Assembly: GCA_049609145.1 (NCBI GenBank)
Contig: JBMYYF010000002.1
Location: forward strand, 444,466-508,465
DNA from: Alphaproteobacteria bacterium
Lineage (GTDB): Bacteria > Pseudomonadota > Alphaproteobacteria > SPJN01
Reading direction: 5' to 3'
Length of the DNA stretch: 64,000 nucleotides
Part shown: positions 36,985 to 47,048 of the stretch, piece by piece
How positions within the stretch are numbered: the stretch's first letter is position 1
Layout: every line of letters starts with the position of its first letter
Notes under the pieces: model-generated
The model's input: only the letters and a program-made list of their open reading frames with translations
The model's database searches: none
What the model was told of the DNA's origin: nothing
Translations under genes and position numbers: made by a program

Positions 36985-38154
36985 CTAAAGCCCCATTTCG
37001 CCGAAGCATTTGCGCACATCCTCAATGAACAGCTCCGGCTGTTCCATCGCTGCGAAGTGGCCGCCCTTGGGAATATCCGTCCAGTGCACAATGTTATAGA
37101 CCTTTTCTGACCATGCGCGTCGTGGCCATTTCGCCAGCACATCGCCGGGGAAGTTGCCCACGCCCGTGGGTGTTTCCACCCGCTCATTATCAGAGAAACT
37201 TCCGCCGCCCTCTTCAATCATGCCGCGATACATCCACGCCGCCGTATTGAAGCTGCGGGTCACGCAATAGATCATAATGTTGGTGAGGAGTTGCTCTTTG
37301 GTATAGGCGCTTTCCACATCGTCGCCCTGCGTTTCAGACCATGTGTTGAACTTTTCCAATATCCAGGCGGCTTGGCCCACCGGGCTATCCATCATGCCGT
37401 AGGAGAGGGTTTGCGGCTTTGTCATTTGCAGGCGGAAATACGCGCCTTCCATTTCAAAGACCATTTTGCCGGTATCCAGCCATTGCTGGTCTTCCTCTGT
37501 TTCCGGCGGGTGCTGGGTGCCGGGACGAAAGGCCATCATGTTCAGATGAATGCCCTTGCAATTTTGACCATGGTGCCTGCCAAGATTTGAGGTAACGGCG
37601 CTGCCCCAATCGCCCCCTTGGGCGAAATAGCTGTCATAGCCCAACACGTCTACCATCAGCGTGTTCCAATATTCTGCCGTGATGCGCGGGCCGATGGGGT
37701 TGGCAGGCTTGCCGGAAAAACCATAGCCGGGCAGGGAGGGGACGATCACATCAAACGCATCTTCTTCCCTGCCGCCAAAGCGTTCCGGGTGGGCGAGGGG
37801 TTCGATAACGTCCATAAATTCCACAAAGCTGCCCGGCCACCCATGGGTGATGATCAGCGGACGCGGATTACTGCCAGAGCCTTTTTCGTGGATGAAGTGA
37901 ATATCCAGCACCTCGCCATTGGCCTCAACGGGTGCGGTAAAGTGGTTAAAGCGGTTCAGCTCTTTTTCTACCGCGCGCCAGTCATAGTCGTTCTGCCAAT
38001 AGGTGCACAGTTCTTGCAGGTAAGGCATGTTGGTGCCGTAAGCCCACCCGCCATTGGCGGGCATTTCATGCCATTCATAATCGGCCACGCGGCCCATAAT
38101 GCGGTCCAGCCGTTCCTGCGGAATGTTGATGGTGAATGGTGTGGCTGTAGACAT
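36985..38154 (-). CDS. epoxide hydrolase (microsomal/EHN-domain type alpha/beta hydrolase)
   Basis: The track ORF starts at TTG 38169; ATG 38154 (MSTATPFTINIPQERLDRI) is preceded by GGGGAG. It has the EHN N-terminal domain, an HGWPGSF oxyanion motif, the nucleophile GGDWGS and a C-terminal GGHFAAMEQPELF. Confidence 0.88.
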   Translation of the reverse strand: MSTATPFTINIPQERLDRIMGRVADYEWHEMPANGGWAYGTNMPYLQELCTYWQNDYDWRAVEKELNRFNHFTAPVEANGEVLDIHFIHEKGSGSNPRPLIITHGWPGSFVEFMDVIEPLAHPERFGGREEDAFDVIVPSLPGYGFSGKPANPIGPRITAEYWNTLMVDVLGYDSYFAQGGDWGSAVTSNLGRHHGQNCKGIHLNMMAFRPGTQHPPETEEDQQWLDTGKMVFEMEGAYFRLQMTKPQTLSYGMMDSPVGQAAWILEKFNTWSETQGDDVESAYTKEQLLTNIMIYCVTRSFNTAAWMYRGMIEEGGGSFSDNERVETPTGVGNFPGDVLAKWPRRAWSEKVYNIVHWTDIPKGGHFAAMEQPELFIEDVRKCFGEMGL

Positions 38155-38207
38155 GATCGGCTCCCCCAATTGCGATTGAGGGAAGTATGATCATTCGCCC
38201 CCGCGGA

Positions 38208-40100
38208 TCAAGGCTGAGATTTGGGGAACAACAGATTGGTGAGATAGCGCGCACCGGAAAGCGTTAAATGGCCGTGATCCCATATCAGCAGGTCAACACC
38301 CTGCGGCGTATCGATTGTGGCCTGACAGGCATGGGCATCGCAAAGCTGCGCATCGATGGAAAGATAGGTGTGGCCATGTTTGGCGGCCATCGCGCTTACC
38401 TCTGCATCCTTGCGGCGCATTTCTTCCCGATTGGTTGGCGGCAGGCGGCGCGCAACGTCCAGTGAATGGCCCTCACGCAGCATCCATGTAGGTAGCGTTG
38501 GTCGCCATTGCGGCATAGCCCCAATCAGTACGATGCGCGTTTGCGGTGAGGCATCTTTCAATTGCGTCAACGTATAGTCCAGCCAATCCAGATGATACGT
38601 GCCCCACATGGCATGCATTATCAGCAGTTGCGGCTTGGTGTCGGCAATATGCGCCAACACAAATTTGTTATTGGGAATGCAGTTTTGATAATTGTAGTAC
38701 AGCCCCTTCAGCAAGGGCGGGCAAACCGCGGTGGTGAGTTGCGCCAAGTTTGGGAATATATGGCGCAGGCCGGTGGTTAAGGCCGCGGCATGTGAATCGC
38801 CCCATACAATTACCCGGTTATCTGCGGCTGGGTCTGCCAAGCATTTTTCGGCAAAACTGCCTGCCGGTTGTTCGGGCATCAACAAGCATTCCCCGCGCAG
38901 ATATTCGGTGTCTTCGTCAAAATCGGCCGCTTTCAACACCGCTTGTTCGGCGGCGCTTAATCGAAACGTGAACCCGTCGGTTGCCTTGCCCGCCGCGCCG
39001 ATGGCGCAAAACAGCAAAATGCCCGCGGCTGAGAAGGCGAAAATCTGGCCGCGCGATACGCTGTTCTTGTCGCGGAAGGGTTTTTCAACATAACGCCAGC
39101 TCAGATAGGCCATGGCGATGGCGGCAACAGCAAGGCCAAGGGCCAATGCGGCGTCTAAATGGCCAACCGTGATTTGGCGTGCAAAGGCAAATAGGGGCTG
39201 ATGCCAAAGATAGGCGCTGTAGCTCAGCAGCCCAAGGCCGACCACAAGCCGCTGGCCCAGCAATTTTCCGGCAAGGGTTTGGGGGGTGCAATAAAGAATG
39301 ATAGCGGCCGTACCAAGGGTGGCAGGCAGCATGACAATGCCCGGAACATGTGCTTGTGGCGTCAGCCAGATAATGGAGCCGCAGATGCCCGCAAGGCCCA
39401 AAATGGATATCACCTCGCGTTGCATTTTCTGCGCTGGGCTTTGCGCCGCTCCCAAGGGCCTCCTTTGCAAGTATAGCGCCGCCAAGGCCCCCACCAACAA
39501 TTCCCAGCCGCGGGTTGGCAGCAAGTAAAATGCGGTAGATGGGCTAAGCCGCGCGCCCGCCTCCGCCAGTGCGAGTGACGCCAAAAGGCCCAGCGTCAGT
39601 AACGCCATCAGCCAACGGCTTAGCGATAACCGCCACACCGCCATCAACAGCAATGGATAAAGCACATAAAATTGTTCTTCTACCGCCAGGCTCCACGTAT
39701 GGAGCAGCGGTTTCATTTCGTTGACGGTGTCGAAATATCCGCTGTTTTGCCAGAAGAACACGTTCGACCAAAAGGTAGAGGTGGAAATCAGGCTGGTAGA
39801 GAAGTTTTCCAAATCTTCGGGCACCAGCAGAAAATAGGCAGCAGGCAAGCAGCACGCCATAACGAAAAACAGGGCCGGCAAAATGCGCCTTGCGCGCCTT
39901 TCGTAAAACCCAACGATTGAAAATTCGCCGCTGCGTTCATGTTCCTGAACGATGATGGTCGTGATCAAATAGCCGGAGATCACGAAAAAGATATCCACCC
40001 CCACAAAGCCGCCGCCGAAACTATCAAAGCCTGCGTGAAACAAAATCACAGGCAGCACGGCCAGCGCCCGCAGGCCATCTATCTCGCGGCGATATTGCAT
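38208..40100 (-). CDS. acyltransferase family 3 (OafA/YrhL-like) membrane O-acyltransferase with a C-terminal SGNH domain
   Basis: 630 aa. The N-terminus MQYRREIDGLRALAVLPVILFHAG is followed by ~10 TM segments, then a soluble domain with VWGDSHA (SGNH block I-like). Confidence 0.85.
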   Translation of the reverse strand: MQYRREIDGLRALAVLPVILFHAGFDSFGGGFVGVDIFFVISGYLITTIIVQEHERSGEFSIVGFYERRARRILPALFFVMACCLPAAYFLLVPEDLENFSTSLISTSTFWSNVFFWQNSGYFDTVNEMKPLLHTWSLAVEEQFYVLYPLLLMAVWRLSLSRWLMALLTLGLLASLALAEAGARLSPSTAFYLLPTRGWELLVGALAALYLQRRPLGAAQSPAQKMQREVISILGLAGICGSIIWLTPQAHVPGIVMLPATLGTAAIILYCTPQTLAGKLLGQRLVVGLGLLSYSAYLWHQPLFAFARQITVGHLDAALALGLAVAAIAMAYLSWRYVEKPFRDKNSVSRGQIFAFSAAGILLFCAIGAAGKATDGFTFRLSAAEQAVLKAADFDEDTEYLRGECLLMPEQPAGSFAEKCLADPAADNRVIVWGDSHAAALTTGLRHIFPNLAQLTTAVCPPLLKGLYYNYQNCIPNNKFVLAHIADTKPQLLIMHAMWGTYHLDWLDYTLTQLKDASPQTRIVLIGAMPQWRPTLPTWMLREGHSLDVARRLPPTNREEMRRKDAEVSAMAAKHGHTYLSIDAQLCDAHACQATIDTPQGVDLLIWDHGHLTLSGARYLTNLLFPKSQP

Positions 40101-40179
40101 GGGATACCTAAACTATTGCGCACACTCCACAGCAAACTAGGAAAGCTGGCGCGCGATGTCGAGATGGTTTGGCGCTAAA

Positions 40180-41193
40180 TCAGGTGCCGTGCAGCTTGCG
40201 TTGAAAGGCGGCGTCGCCGCCAATGGCCTGGCGCAAATCTGATACGCCATCGGCAAGGATGGTGTGGGGCACGCCTTCAATGGCGCTTTGCCAGCTTGGG
40301 CGCGCCTTCAGGTCAGCATAATATTGCGCCACATGGGGCAGCCCAAGCGTGCTGAAATAGGGGTCAAGAAATCCGGTTTCATCCAGCCTGAGCAGAAGCG
40401 CAGTCCACGATACATCTGCCAAAGTGTAACTTTTGCCCAATATCCACGGGCCGGTGGATTGCGCCAATTGCGCGTCCAGTTTTTGCAGATGTTCCCCCAT
40501 ATAGTTGCGGGCGGTGACAAGCATGTTGAAGGCGGGCGCCAAAAGCGGCAATCGCCTCACGCCAAACAATTTGTACATCAAAAACATCACCGGGCGACGC
40601 TTGTCGTGATGAAACAGCAAGCCGGTAAAGATGCGCTGCACGGGTATATATTGGATCATCGTGGCGAAAAGCGGAAAGGTAAGCGGTGGCACGCAGGCCC
40701 CGGCACTGCCTTTCATATCTTCAATCGGGTTTTCTCCGACAATGGCGGCAAAGTCGATCCAGCGCTGCATTTCTGCTTTTTGGGTTGGATCAGCAGGCGT
40801 GAGCTTGGGCGCATCCTCTTTTGCGACCGAAACGGCATAGGCCAGTATGTCGTCAGACTCATAAATCGGATGACCGTAATGCACCAAGGTTGGCACTTGG
40901 CCTGCCGGGTTGATCGCCAGATATGCGGGGCTGATGGTTTGGTAAGAGCCTGTCTCGATCAGGTCGATCGGTTTGTGCTCATAGGGAATGCCAAGTTCGG
41001 CCAACACCAGCCGTACCTTGCGCGAACAGTGTGAAAAGGCGTTGCCATAAAGCTCGAACTCAAACTCGTGGGGCAACTCAATTTCGGGGTGATGTCCGCC
41101 GGCAACGGGTGTACGCACCCGCTTGGCTTTTTCCTTTGTGTACCACCACCCAAAGCCAGCAACGGCGGCGAGTACGATGATCCATGCCCACAT
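40180..41193 (-). CDS. glutathione S-transferase-like protein with an N-terminal transmembrane anchor
   Basis: 337 aa with TM helix MWAWIIVLAAVAGFGWWY. A thioredoxin-like GST N-domain follows (ELYGNAFSHCSRKVRLVLAELGIPYEHKPIDL ... GQVPTLV ... ESDDILAY), then a helical C-domain. Confidence 0.7.
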   Translation of the reverse strand: MWAWIIVLAAVAGFGWWYTKEKAKRVRTPVAGGHHPEIELPHEFEFELYGNAFSHCSRKVRLVLAELGIPYEHKPIDLIETGSYQTISPAYLAINPAGQVPTLVHYGHPIYESDDILAYAVSVAKEDAPKLTPADPTQKAEMQRWIDFAAIVGENPIEDMKGSAGACVPPLTFPLFATMIQYIPVQRIFTGLLFHHDKRRPVMFLMYKLFGVRRLPLLAPAFNMLVTARNYMGEHLQKLDAQLAQSTGPWILGKSYTLADVSWTALLLRLDETGFLDPYFSTLGLPHVAQYYADLKARPSWQSAIEGVPHTILADGVSDLRQAIGGDAAFQRKLHGT

Positions 41194-41268
41194 GACGTAT
41201 CCTTTGTTTGTTTGATCAGAGGGTGAGAGCGTGGCTAGGCGATGTCAAGGCTGGGTGCTACCAACAAT

Positions 41269-41379
41269 CGTCATTCCGGGGCTGCGTAAGCAGAACCCGG
41301 AATCCAGAAAGCAGTGAAACCCGCAAGGTAATGCTAGTTGGCCCTCAGGCTGGATGCCGGGTCGCAGCCCGGCATGACG
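41269..41379. repeat. pair of inverted REP-like palindromic elements (CGTCAT[T/G]CCGGG-loop-CCCGG[A/C]ATCC)
   Basis: Element 1 on the plus strand is at 41269..41305 (CGTCATTCCGGGGCTGCgtaaGCAGAACCCGGAATCC). Element 2 on the minus strand is at 41352..41379 (CGTCATGCCGGGCTGCGACCCGGCATCC). They lie in the 306-bp spacer between the GST-like start and the secA stop. Confidence 0.5.
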
Positions 41380-41499
41380 ATTTTATTAGCCGTACAGAAG
41401 GCACAAGTCGCGTGCGGTTTCCTGTCGGCATCATAGGCAAAACCGGACCACGCACGTCACTCGCGTAGCCGTTGCGAAGCAACTGGCGTGAGCTGAAAA

Positions 41500-44232
41500 C
41501 TAATCCAACTTCCCGTGGCAGTGCTTGTACTTTTTGCCGGAGCCGCACGGGCAGGGTTGATTGCGCGGCACTTTCCCCCAAGTGGTGGGGTCGTTCGGAT
41601 CAATCTCTATGGCGCTGCGCGGCGCCGCTGGCGTCAAGCTGCCCGGCGCGGGCGTTTCCGCCATTTCATTTTCGCCCGTCATCGGATCAATATGTTGTTC
41701 TTCAATTTCCAGCGGCTCAATCATTTCCAGTTCAGGCGGCTGGTCTGAACGCAATTCCATTGCCAGCAAGGTGCGGGTTACATCCACCCGCAATTCAGAC
41801 AGCAGGTTTTCAAACAGGGTGAAGGCTTCTGTCTTATATTCGTTCAGCGGATCACGCTGGGCATAGCCGCGCAGGCCCACAACGGCGCGCAATTGTTCCA
41901 GTGTTAGCAAATGTTCACGCCAATGCTGATCCAGCGTTTGCAGCATGATCGCCTTTTCAACCTGCCGCAAAACCTCTGGCCCATATTCGGCGGCCTTGCG
42001 CGCCATGATTTGATCGGCCTCGCGGTTCAACCGTTCGCGAATTTCCTGATCTGCAATACCTTCTTCATTTGCCCAATCCTTGATCGGCAAATCGGCATTC
42101 ATCAAATTCTGCACAGCTTCTGCCAAGCCATCAGTGTCCCATTGTTCGGGATAGGCACGTTCAGGAATATGCGCGCGCACAAGATCATTCACGGCGTCTT
42201 CGCGCATATGCGCTACATCTTCTGAAATATCGTCGGCTTCCATTAGCTCACGGCGTTGTTCAAAAATGACCTTGCGCTGGTCATTCATCACATCATCATA
42301 TTTCAGCAGGTTTTTACGAATATCGAAGTTGCGGGCCTCAACTTTTTCCTGCGCTTTTTCCAGCGCTTTGTTGATCCATGGATGCGTGATCGCTTCACCA
42401 TCTTGCAGGCCCAGCTTGCGCAACATGCCATCCATCCGCTCAGAGCCGAAGATGCGCATCAAGTCGTCTTCAAGGCTGAGGAAGAATTTGGAATGGCCGG
42501 GATCGCCTTGACGACCCGAGCGACCGCGTAGCTGATTATCAATACGGCGGCTTTCATGACGCTCGGTGCCAATCACATAAAGGCCACCTGCTTCCAGCAC
42601 CTTGGCTTTGTCGGCTTCGATATCAGCCTCGATTGATTTGCGCAGGGCCTCTATTTTTGCTTCATCGGTTTCGTCACCGATTTGCGCGGCCAGCATCATC
42701 TCCGCATTGCCGCCAAGCTGAATATCGGTGCCGCGGCCTGCCATATTGGTGGCGATGGTCACCGTGCCCGAACGGCCTGCTTGGGCCACAATCTCGGCTT
42801 CTTGTTCATGGTAGCGCGCGTTCAACACATTATGTTCGATTTTTTGTTCGCTCAGCAGGCGTGAAATAAGCTCTGACTTTTCAATCGTCGTCGTGCCAAC
42901 AAGAATAGGCTGGCCGCGGTCTTGGCAGTCGCGAATCAATTCGATGATGGCTTTGTATTTTTCGTCCGCGGTGCGGTAAACTTCATCATCCTCATCCACA
43001 CGGGCCACATCCACATTGGTGGGCATGTCGATCACATCCAAATGATAGATGCTGTCAAACTCGCCCGCCTCGGTTAGCGCCGTGCCCGTCATGCCTGCCA
43101 ATTTGCCATAAAGGCGGAAATAGTTTTGGAAGGTAACAGAGGCCAGCGTTTGGTTCTCTGGCTGAATGGGCTGGCCTTCTTTCGCCTCAAGGGCTTGGTG
43201 CTGGCCATCTGAATAGCGGCGGCCTTCCATCATGCGGCCTGTAAATTCATCCACAATCACAACCTGACCGTCTTTCACCACATAATCCTTATCGCGCTCG
43301 AACAATTTGTGCGCGCGCAAGGCTTGGTTGATGTGATGCACCAATGAGACATTTTCAACATCGTATAGGGATGTGCCTTCATCCATCAGGCCGGCATCGA
43401 TCAGCAATTTCTCCACATTTTCGTTGCCATCTTCATTTAGCGTGATGGAGCGGGATTTTTCATCCAAATCGTAATCATCGGCTGTCAGGCTGGGAATGAT
43501 CTCGTCCACCGCAACATACAGATCTGATTGGTCTTCCACCGGGCCTGAAATAATCAGGGGCGTACGTGCTTCATCAATCAGAATCGAGTCCACCTCGTCG
43601 ACGATGGCAAAGTTGTGGCCGCGTTGCACCATGGCGTCCAACCGATATTTCATGTTGTCGCGCAGATAGTCGAAGCCGAATTCATTGTTGGTGCCATAGG
43701 TCACATCGGCGGCATAAGCGGCGGCGCGTTCTTCATCGGTCAGGCCGTGCACAATGCAGCCGGTGCTCAGGCCCAAAAATTCATAGACCTGTCCCATCCA
43801 GTCGCTGTCGCGTTGGGCAAGGTAGTCATTCACTGTCACCACATGCACGCCTTTGCCCGTCAGCGCGTTCAGGTAAACCGCCAAGGTGGCCACCAGTGTT
43901 TTACCTTCACCGGTTTTCATCTCGGCAATCCGGCCTTGGTGCAGCATCATGCCGCCCAAAAGCTGCACATCAAAATGGCGCATGCCCAAGGCGCGCTTGG
44001 CCCCTTCGCGCACGGTGGCAAAGGCGGGGATCAAAAGATCATCCACCGTGGTTTCACCGGCGGCCAAGGCGGCCCGAAATTCCTGGGTGCGTGCGCGCAG
44101 TTCATCATCGCTCAATGCAACCAGATCATCTTCCAGTGCATTGATGGCGGCGATGTCTTTGCGAAACTTTTTCAGCTTGCGCTCATTGGCTGTGCCAAAA
44201 ATGCGGCGGGCCGCAGAACCGAATATCGCCAT
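41500..44232 (-). CDS. secA: preprotein translocase ATPase SecA
   Basis: The track ORF extends to 44346; ATG 44232 ([23 protein letters not shown]) has AGGAG 9 nt upstream. It has DEAD-motor motifs ([29 protein letters not shown]) and a C-terminal zinc finger [14 protein letters not shown]. Confidence 0.96.
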   Translation of the reverse strand: MAIFGSAARRIFGTANERKLKKFRKDIAAINALEDDLVALSDDELRARTQEFRAALAAGETTVDDLLIPAFATVREGAKRALGMRHFDVQLLGGMMLHQGRIAEMKTGEGKTLVATLAVYLNALTGKGVHVVTVNDYLAQRDSDWMGQVYEFLGLSTGCIVHGLTDEERAAAYAADVTYGTNNEFGFDYLRDNMKYRLDAMVQRGHNFAIVDEVDSILIDEARTPLIISGPVEDQSDLYVAVDEIIPSLTADDYDLDEKSRSITLNEDGNENVEKLLIDAGLMDEGTSLYDVENVSLVHHINQALRAHKLFERDKDYVVKDGQVVIVDEFTGRMMEGRRYSDGQHQALEAKEGQPIQPENQTLASVTFQNYFRLYGKLAGMTGTALTEAGEFDSIYHLDVIDMPTNVDVARVDEDDEVYRTADEKYKAIIELIRDCQDRGQPILVGTTTIEKSELISRLLSEQKIEHNVLNARYHEQEAEIVAQAGRSGTVTIATNMAGRGTDIQLGGNAEMMLAAQIGDETDEAKIEALRKSIEADIEADKAKVLEAGGLYVIGTERHESRRIDNQLRGRSGRQGDPGHSKFFLSLEDDLMRIFGSERMDGMLRKLGLQDGEAITHPWINKALEKAQEKVEARNFDIRKNLLKYDDVMNDQRKVIFEQRRELMEADDISEDVAHMREDAVNDLVRAHIPERAYPEQWDTDGLAEAVQNLMNADLPIKDWANEEGIADQEIRERLNREADQIMARKAAEYGPEVLRQVEKAIMLQTLDQHWREHLLTLEQLRAVVGLRGYAQRDPLNEYKTEAFTLFENLLSELRVDVTRTLLAMELRSDQPPELEMIEPLEIEEQHIDPMTGENEMAETPAPGSLTPAAPRSAIEIDPNDPTTWGKVPRNQPCPCGSGKKYKHCHGKLD

Positions 44233-44523
44233 GAGGGGCGCTCCTGAAATTTGCTGCGCGCTGGGTGATGATGTTTGCGCGCGAATGAGATGGCGGTCGG
44301 ATGACCTGTTGTGAAATGACTTATGCAGCACCATGTCCAATGTCAATCAGTGGCACTGTCACGGCTTGGTTAGCATGTAGGCATGAAACGTGACGAAAAC
44401 CTGATCGAAACCTGATATTTCGTCTTTTTCTCGCCTTTTTTTGAGTTTCAACGTCAGTTTTCCTTGCGCGGGGCAGGCGTGATGCGCACACTCCGCCGCG
44501 ATTTAGAAATTGGAGCCTATTTT

Positions 44524-45402
44524 ATGAAGATGCGTCTGAAAAATCTTGGTCTTGTTGTTGTGGCGACGTCCGCCTTGGCATTGGCCGCTTGTGATCAAAA
44601 ACCCGCTGCGCAGGTAGCGGCTGATCCCAACGACAAGGTGATTGCGACCGTCAATGGCGCAGAAATCCGCCAATCTGACCTCGCTGTGATCGAACAGATT
44701 ATGGGGGCGGCCGTTCAGCAAATTCCCGCAGACAAGCGCGAGAGTGAATTGACGCGGGTGTTGATCGACCTCACCATCGTGGCAGAAGCCGCCCGCGCCG
44801 AAGGTTATATGGACCGTGCCGATGTGCGTCAGGCGCTGCGGCAGGCAGAACGTGATGCGCTCTACACCGCCTATCTGACTGACCTCACTCAAGAGGTTTC
44901 AGACGCTGATGTGGAGGCCGCCTATGCGGAAATGACAGCTAATTTCACCCCGGCTGAGGAAGTGTCCGCCCGTCATATTTTGGTGGAGACGGAAGAAGAA
45001 GCAAAAGAAATCAAAGGCTTGCTTGATGGTGGGGCCGATTTCGCCGAACTGGCGAAGGAAAAATCAACCGGGCCTTCCGGCGCAAATGGCGGTGATCTCG
45101 GTTACTTCGCCAAAGAGATGATGGTCGCGCCCTTCGCCGAAGTTGCCTTCGCGCAAGAGGTCGGTACTGTGTCCGATCCGGTTGAAACGCAGTTCGGCTG
45201 GCACGTCATCAAGGTAGAAGACAAGCGTATGACAGAAGCCCCCGCCCTGGAAGAGGTGCGTGATTCGTTGATGGCGCAGCTTGTGCCGCAGAAAATCACC
45301 GCCAAGATTGAGGAGCTGCGCAGCGCGGCTGTGATCGATCGCAAAGACCAAGCTGTTGAAAACACTGAGGAAACGCCGGTAGAGGCGCCCGCTGCCCAAT
45401 GA
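44524..45402 (+). CDS. parvulin-type peptidyl-prolyl cis-trans isomerase, probable lipoprotein
   Basis: I prefer ATG 44524 (MKMRLKNLGLVVVATSALALAAC, with lipobox LAAC). The PpiC domain is SARHILVETEEEAKEI...GGDLGYF...FGWHVIKVEDKR. Confidence 0.85.
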   Translation: MKMRLKNLGLVVVATSALALAACDQKPAAQVAADPNDKVIATVNGAEIRQSDLAVIEQIMGAAVQQIPADKRESELTRVLIDLTIVAEAARAEGYMDRADVRQALRQAERDALYTAYLTDLTQEVSDADVEAAYAEMTANFTPAEEVSARHILVETEEEAKEIKGLLDGGADFAELAKEKSTGPSGANGGDLGYFAKEMMVAPFAEVAFAQEVGTVSDPVETQFGWHVIKVEDKRMTEAPALEEVRDSLMAQLVPQKITAKIEELRSAAVIDRKDQAVENTEETPVEAPAAQ

Positions 45403-46619
45403 GCGACGGGACGACACTAAAGCCTTCACCGCTGGCACCATCCCGTTTTTCGGATATGCCAGAGGTGGCAGGCGTCAGCCTTTCAACAGCAAATTCCGGC
45501 ACCAAATATAAGGGCCGGGATGATGTGCTGGCGGTCAGCATGGCCAAGGGCACAACTGTGGCCGGGCGGTTCACAACCTCTCAAATGCCGTCGGCCCCGG
45601 TTGATTGGTGCAAGAAAATTGTTGGTGCTGGCAAGGCCGCCGCGCTTGTCGTAAATGCGGGCAACGCCAATGCCTTTACCGGAAAAGCCGGGATTTCTGC
45701 GGTTAAGGACACAGCGGCGGCGCTGGATGTGCCTGCGCGTCAAGTTTTTGTGGCTTCTACCGGCGTCATCGGTGAGCCGCTGGATGGCCAAAAGATTGGC
45801 CGTGCCGCGGCCAAAGCCAAGCGGGCAGATTGGGCCAAGGCCGCAAATGCCATTCGCACAACAGACACTTTCGCCAAAGGGGCCAGCGCGACTTGCGAGA
45901 TTGACGGCACGCCTGTCACCATCTGCGGCATCGCCAAAGGCTCTGGCATGATCGAACCCGCGCTTGGCACGATGCTGAGTTTCATTTGGACAGATGCCGC
46001 CATTCCCGCGCCGGTGCTGGACAAGCTGATAGGGCCTCTTGTGGATGAAAGCTACAACGCGATTTCCGTTGATAGCGATACGTCAACCTCCGACACTGTG
46101 TTGGTGTTTGCGACAGGCGCGGCCAAAACCGCCAAGGTTGAGCGTGCTGGCGATCCCAAGTTGAAGGCCTTTAAAGCCGCGCTGGGCTTGGTGATGAAGG
46201 ATTTGGCACTTCAGGTTGTGCGGGATGGGGAAGGGGCGCAAAAGCTCATCTCAGTGAAAGTGAGCGGTGCAAAATCAAAGCGCTCTGCCATGAAAATTGC
46301 CAAGGCCATTGCTAATTCTCCGCTGGTGAAAACGGCGGTCGCAGGCGAAGACCCCAATTGGGGCCGCATCGTTATGGCAGTTGGCAAGGCGGGTGAACCG
46401 GCCAATCGGGACAAATTGGCAATCGATATTGGCGACACCAAGGTCGCGCGTAAAGGCCTTGTGGTGCCCGGTTACGATGAAATGCCCGTCGCGCAATATA
46501 TGAAGGGTGATCGCATCGCCTTCACTGTGGATGTGGGCGTGGGCAAGGCGGAGGCAACGGCCTATACCTGCGATTTGACTCATGGTTACATCTCTATCAA
46601 CGCGGATTACAGAAGTTGA
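45399..46619 (+). CDS. argJ: bifunctional ornithine acetyltransferase / N-acetylglutamate synthase
   Basis: 406 aa. ArgJ motifs present: GVSLSTANSGTKYKGRDDVL, VVNAGNANAFTG, KGSGMIEPALGTMLSFIWTDA (autoprocessing Thr region), and a C-terminus ...CDLTHGYISINADYRS. Confidence 0.93.
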   Translation: MSDGTTLKPSPLAPSRFSDMPEVAGVSLSTANSGTKYKGRDDVLAVSMAKGTTVAGRFTTSQMPSAPVDWCKKIVGAGKAAALVVNAGNANAFTGKAGISAVKDTAAALDVPARQVFVASTGVIGEPLDGQKIGRAAAKAKRADWAKAANAIRTTDTFAKGASATCEIDGTPVTICGIAKGSGMIEPALGTMLSFIWTDAAIPAPVLDKLIGPLVDESYNAISVDSDTSTSDTVLVFATGAAKTAKVERAGDPKLKAFKAALGLVMKDLALQVVRDGEGAQKLISVKVSGAKSKRSAMKIAKAIANSPLVKTAVAGEDPNWGRIVMAVGKAGEPANRDKLAIDIGDTKVARKGLVVPGYDEMPVAQYMKGDRIAFTVDVGVGKAEATAYTCDLTHGYISINADYRS

Positions 46620-47017
46620 TGAAGATCGTTCTGGTTTCCGCCTGCGCTTTGGTCGATGTGGAGGGCCGCGTGCTGATCGCCGAGCGGCCTGAAGGCAAAT
46701 CCATGGCGGGTTTGTGGGAGTTTCCAGGTGGCAAGGTAGAGCCGGGAGAGACGCCTGAGCAATGCCTGATCCGCGAGCTGGAAGAAGAATTGGCGATCAA
46801 GACATGGCAAAGCTGCCTTGCGCCCATTGCCTTTGCCAGTCACACCTATGATGACTTTCATTTGCTGATGCCTTTATTTGTGTGCCGCAAATGGGAAGGC
46901 GTGATCAATCCGCAGGAAGGGCAGCGCACCGCATGGGTGAAACCTAACCGTATGCGGGACTATCCTATGCCACCGGCGGATGAACCGCTTGTGGCGCAGC
47001 TTAGGGATATGATTTGA
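46616..47017 (+). CDS. mutT: NUDIX hydrolase, MutT (8-oxo-dGTP diphosphatase)-like
   Basis: 133 aa, overlapping the argJ stop by 4 nt. The Nudix box is GGKVEPGETPEQCLIRELEEELAI. Confidence 0.82.
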   Translation: MMKIVLVSACALVDVEGRVLIAERPEGKSMAGLWEFPGGKVEPGETPEQCLIRELEEELAIKTWQSCLAPIAFASHTYDDFHLLMPLFVCRKWEGVINPQEGQRTAWVKPNRMRDYPMPPADEPLVAQLRDMI

Positions 47018-47048
47018 TAGGCTGAAGGTAAGCAACCGGGGGGATGCA

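Noticed and set aside
36957-37217. 86-aa minus-strand ORF overlapping the epoxide-hydrolase 3' end
   Set aside because: It is out of frame with the well-supported hydrolase gene and has no motif support. The only real signal nearby is the 22-codon relic reported separately.
41208-41468. 86-aa plus-strand ORF between the GST-like gene and secA
   Set aside because: Its sequence is the translation of the two REP-like palindromes (..SFRGCVSRTRNPE..). This is a typical artefact of such repeats, with no RBS.
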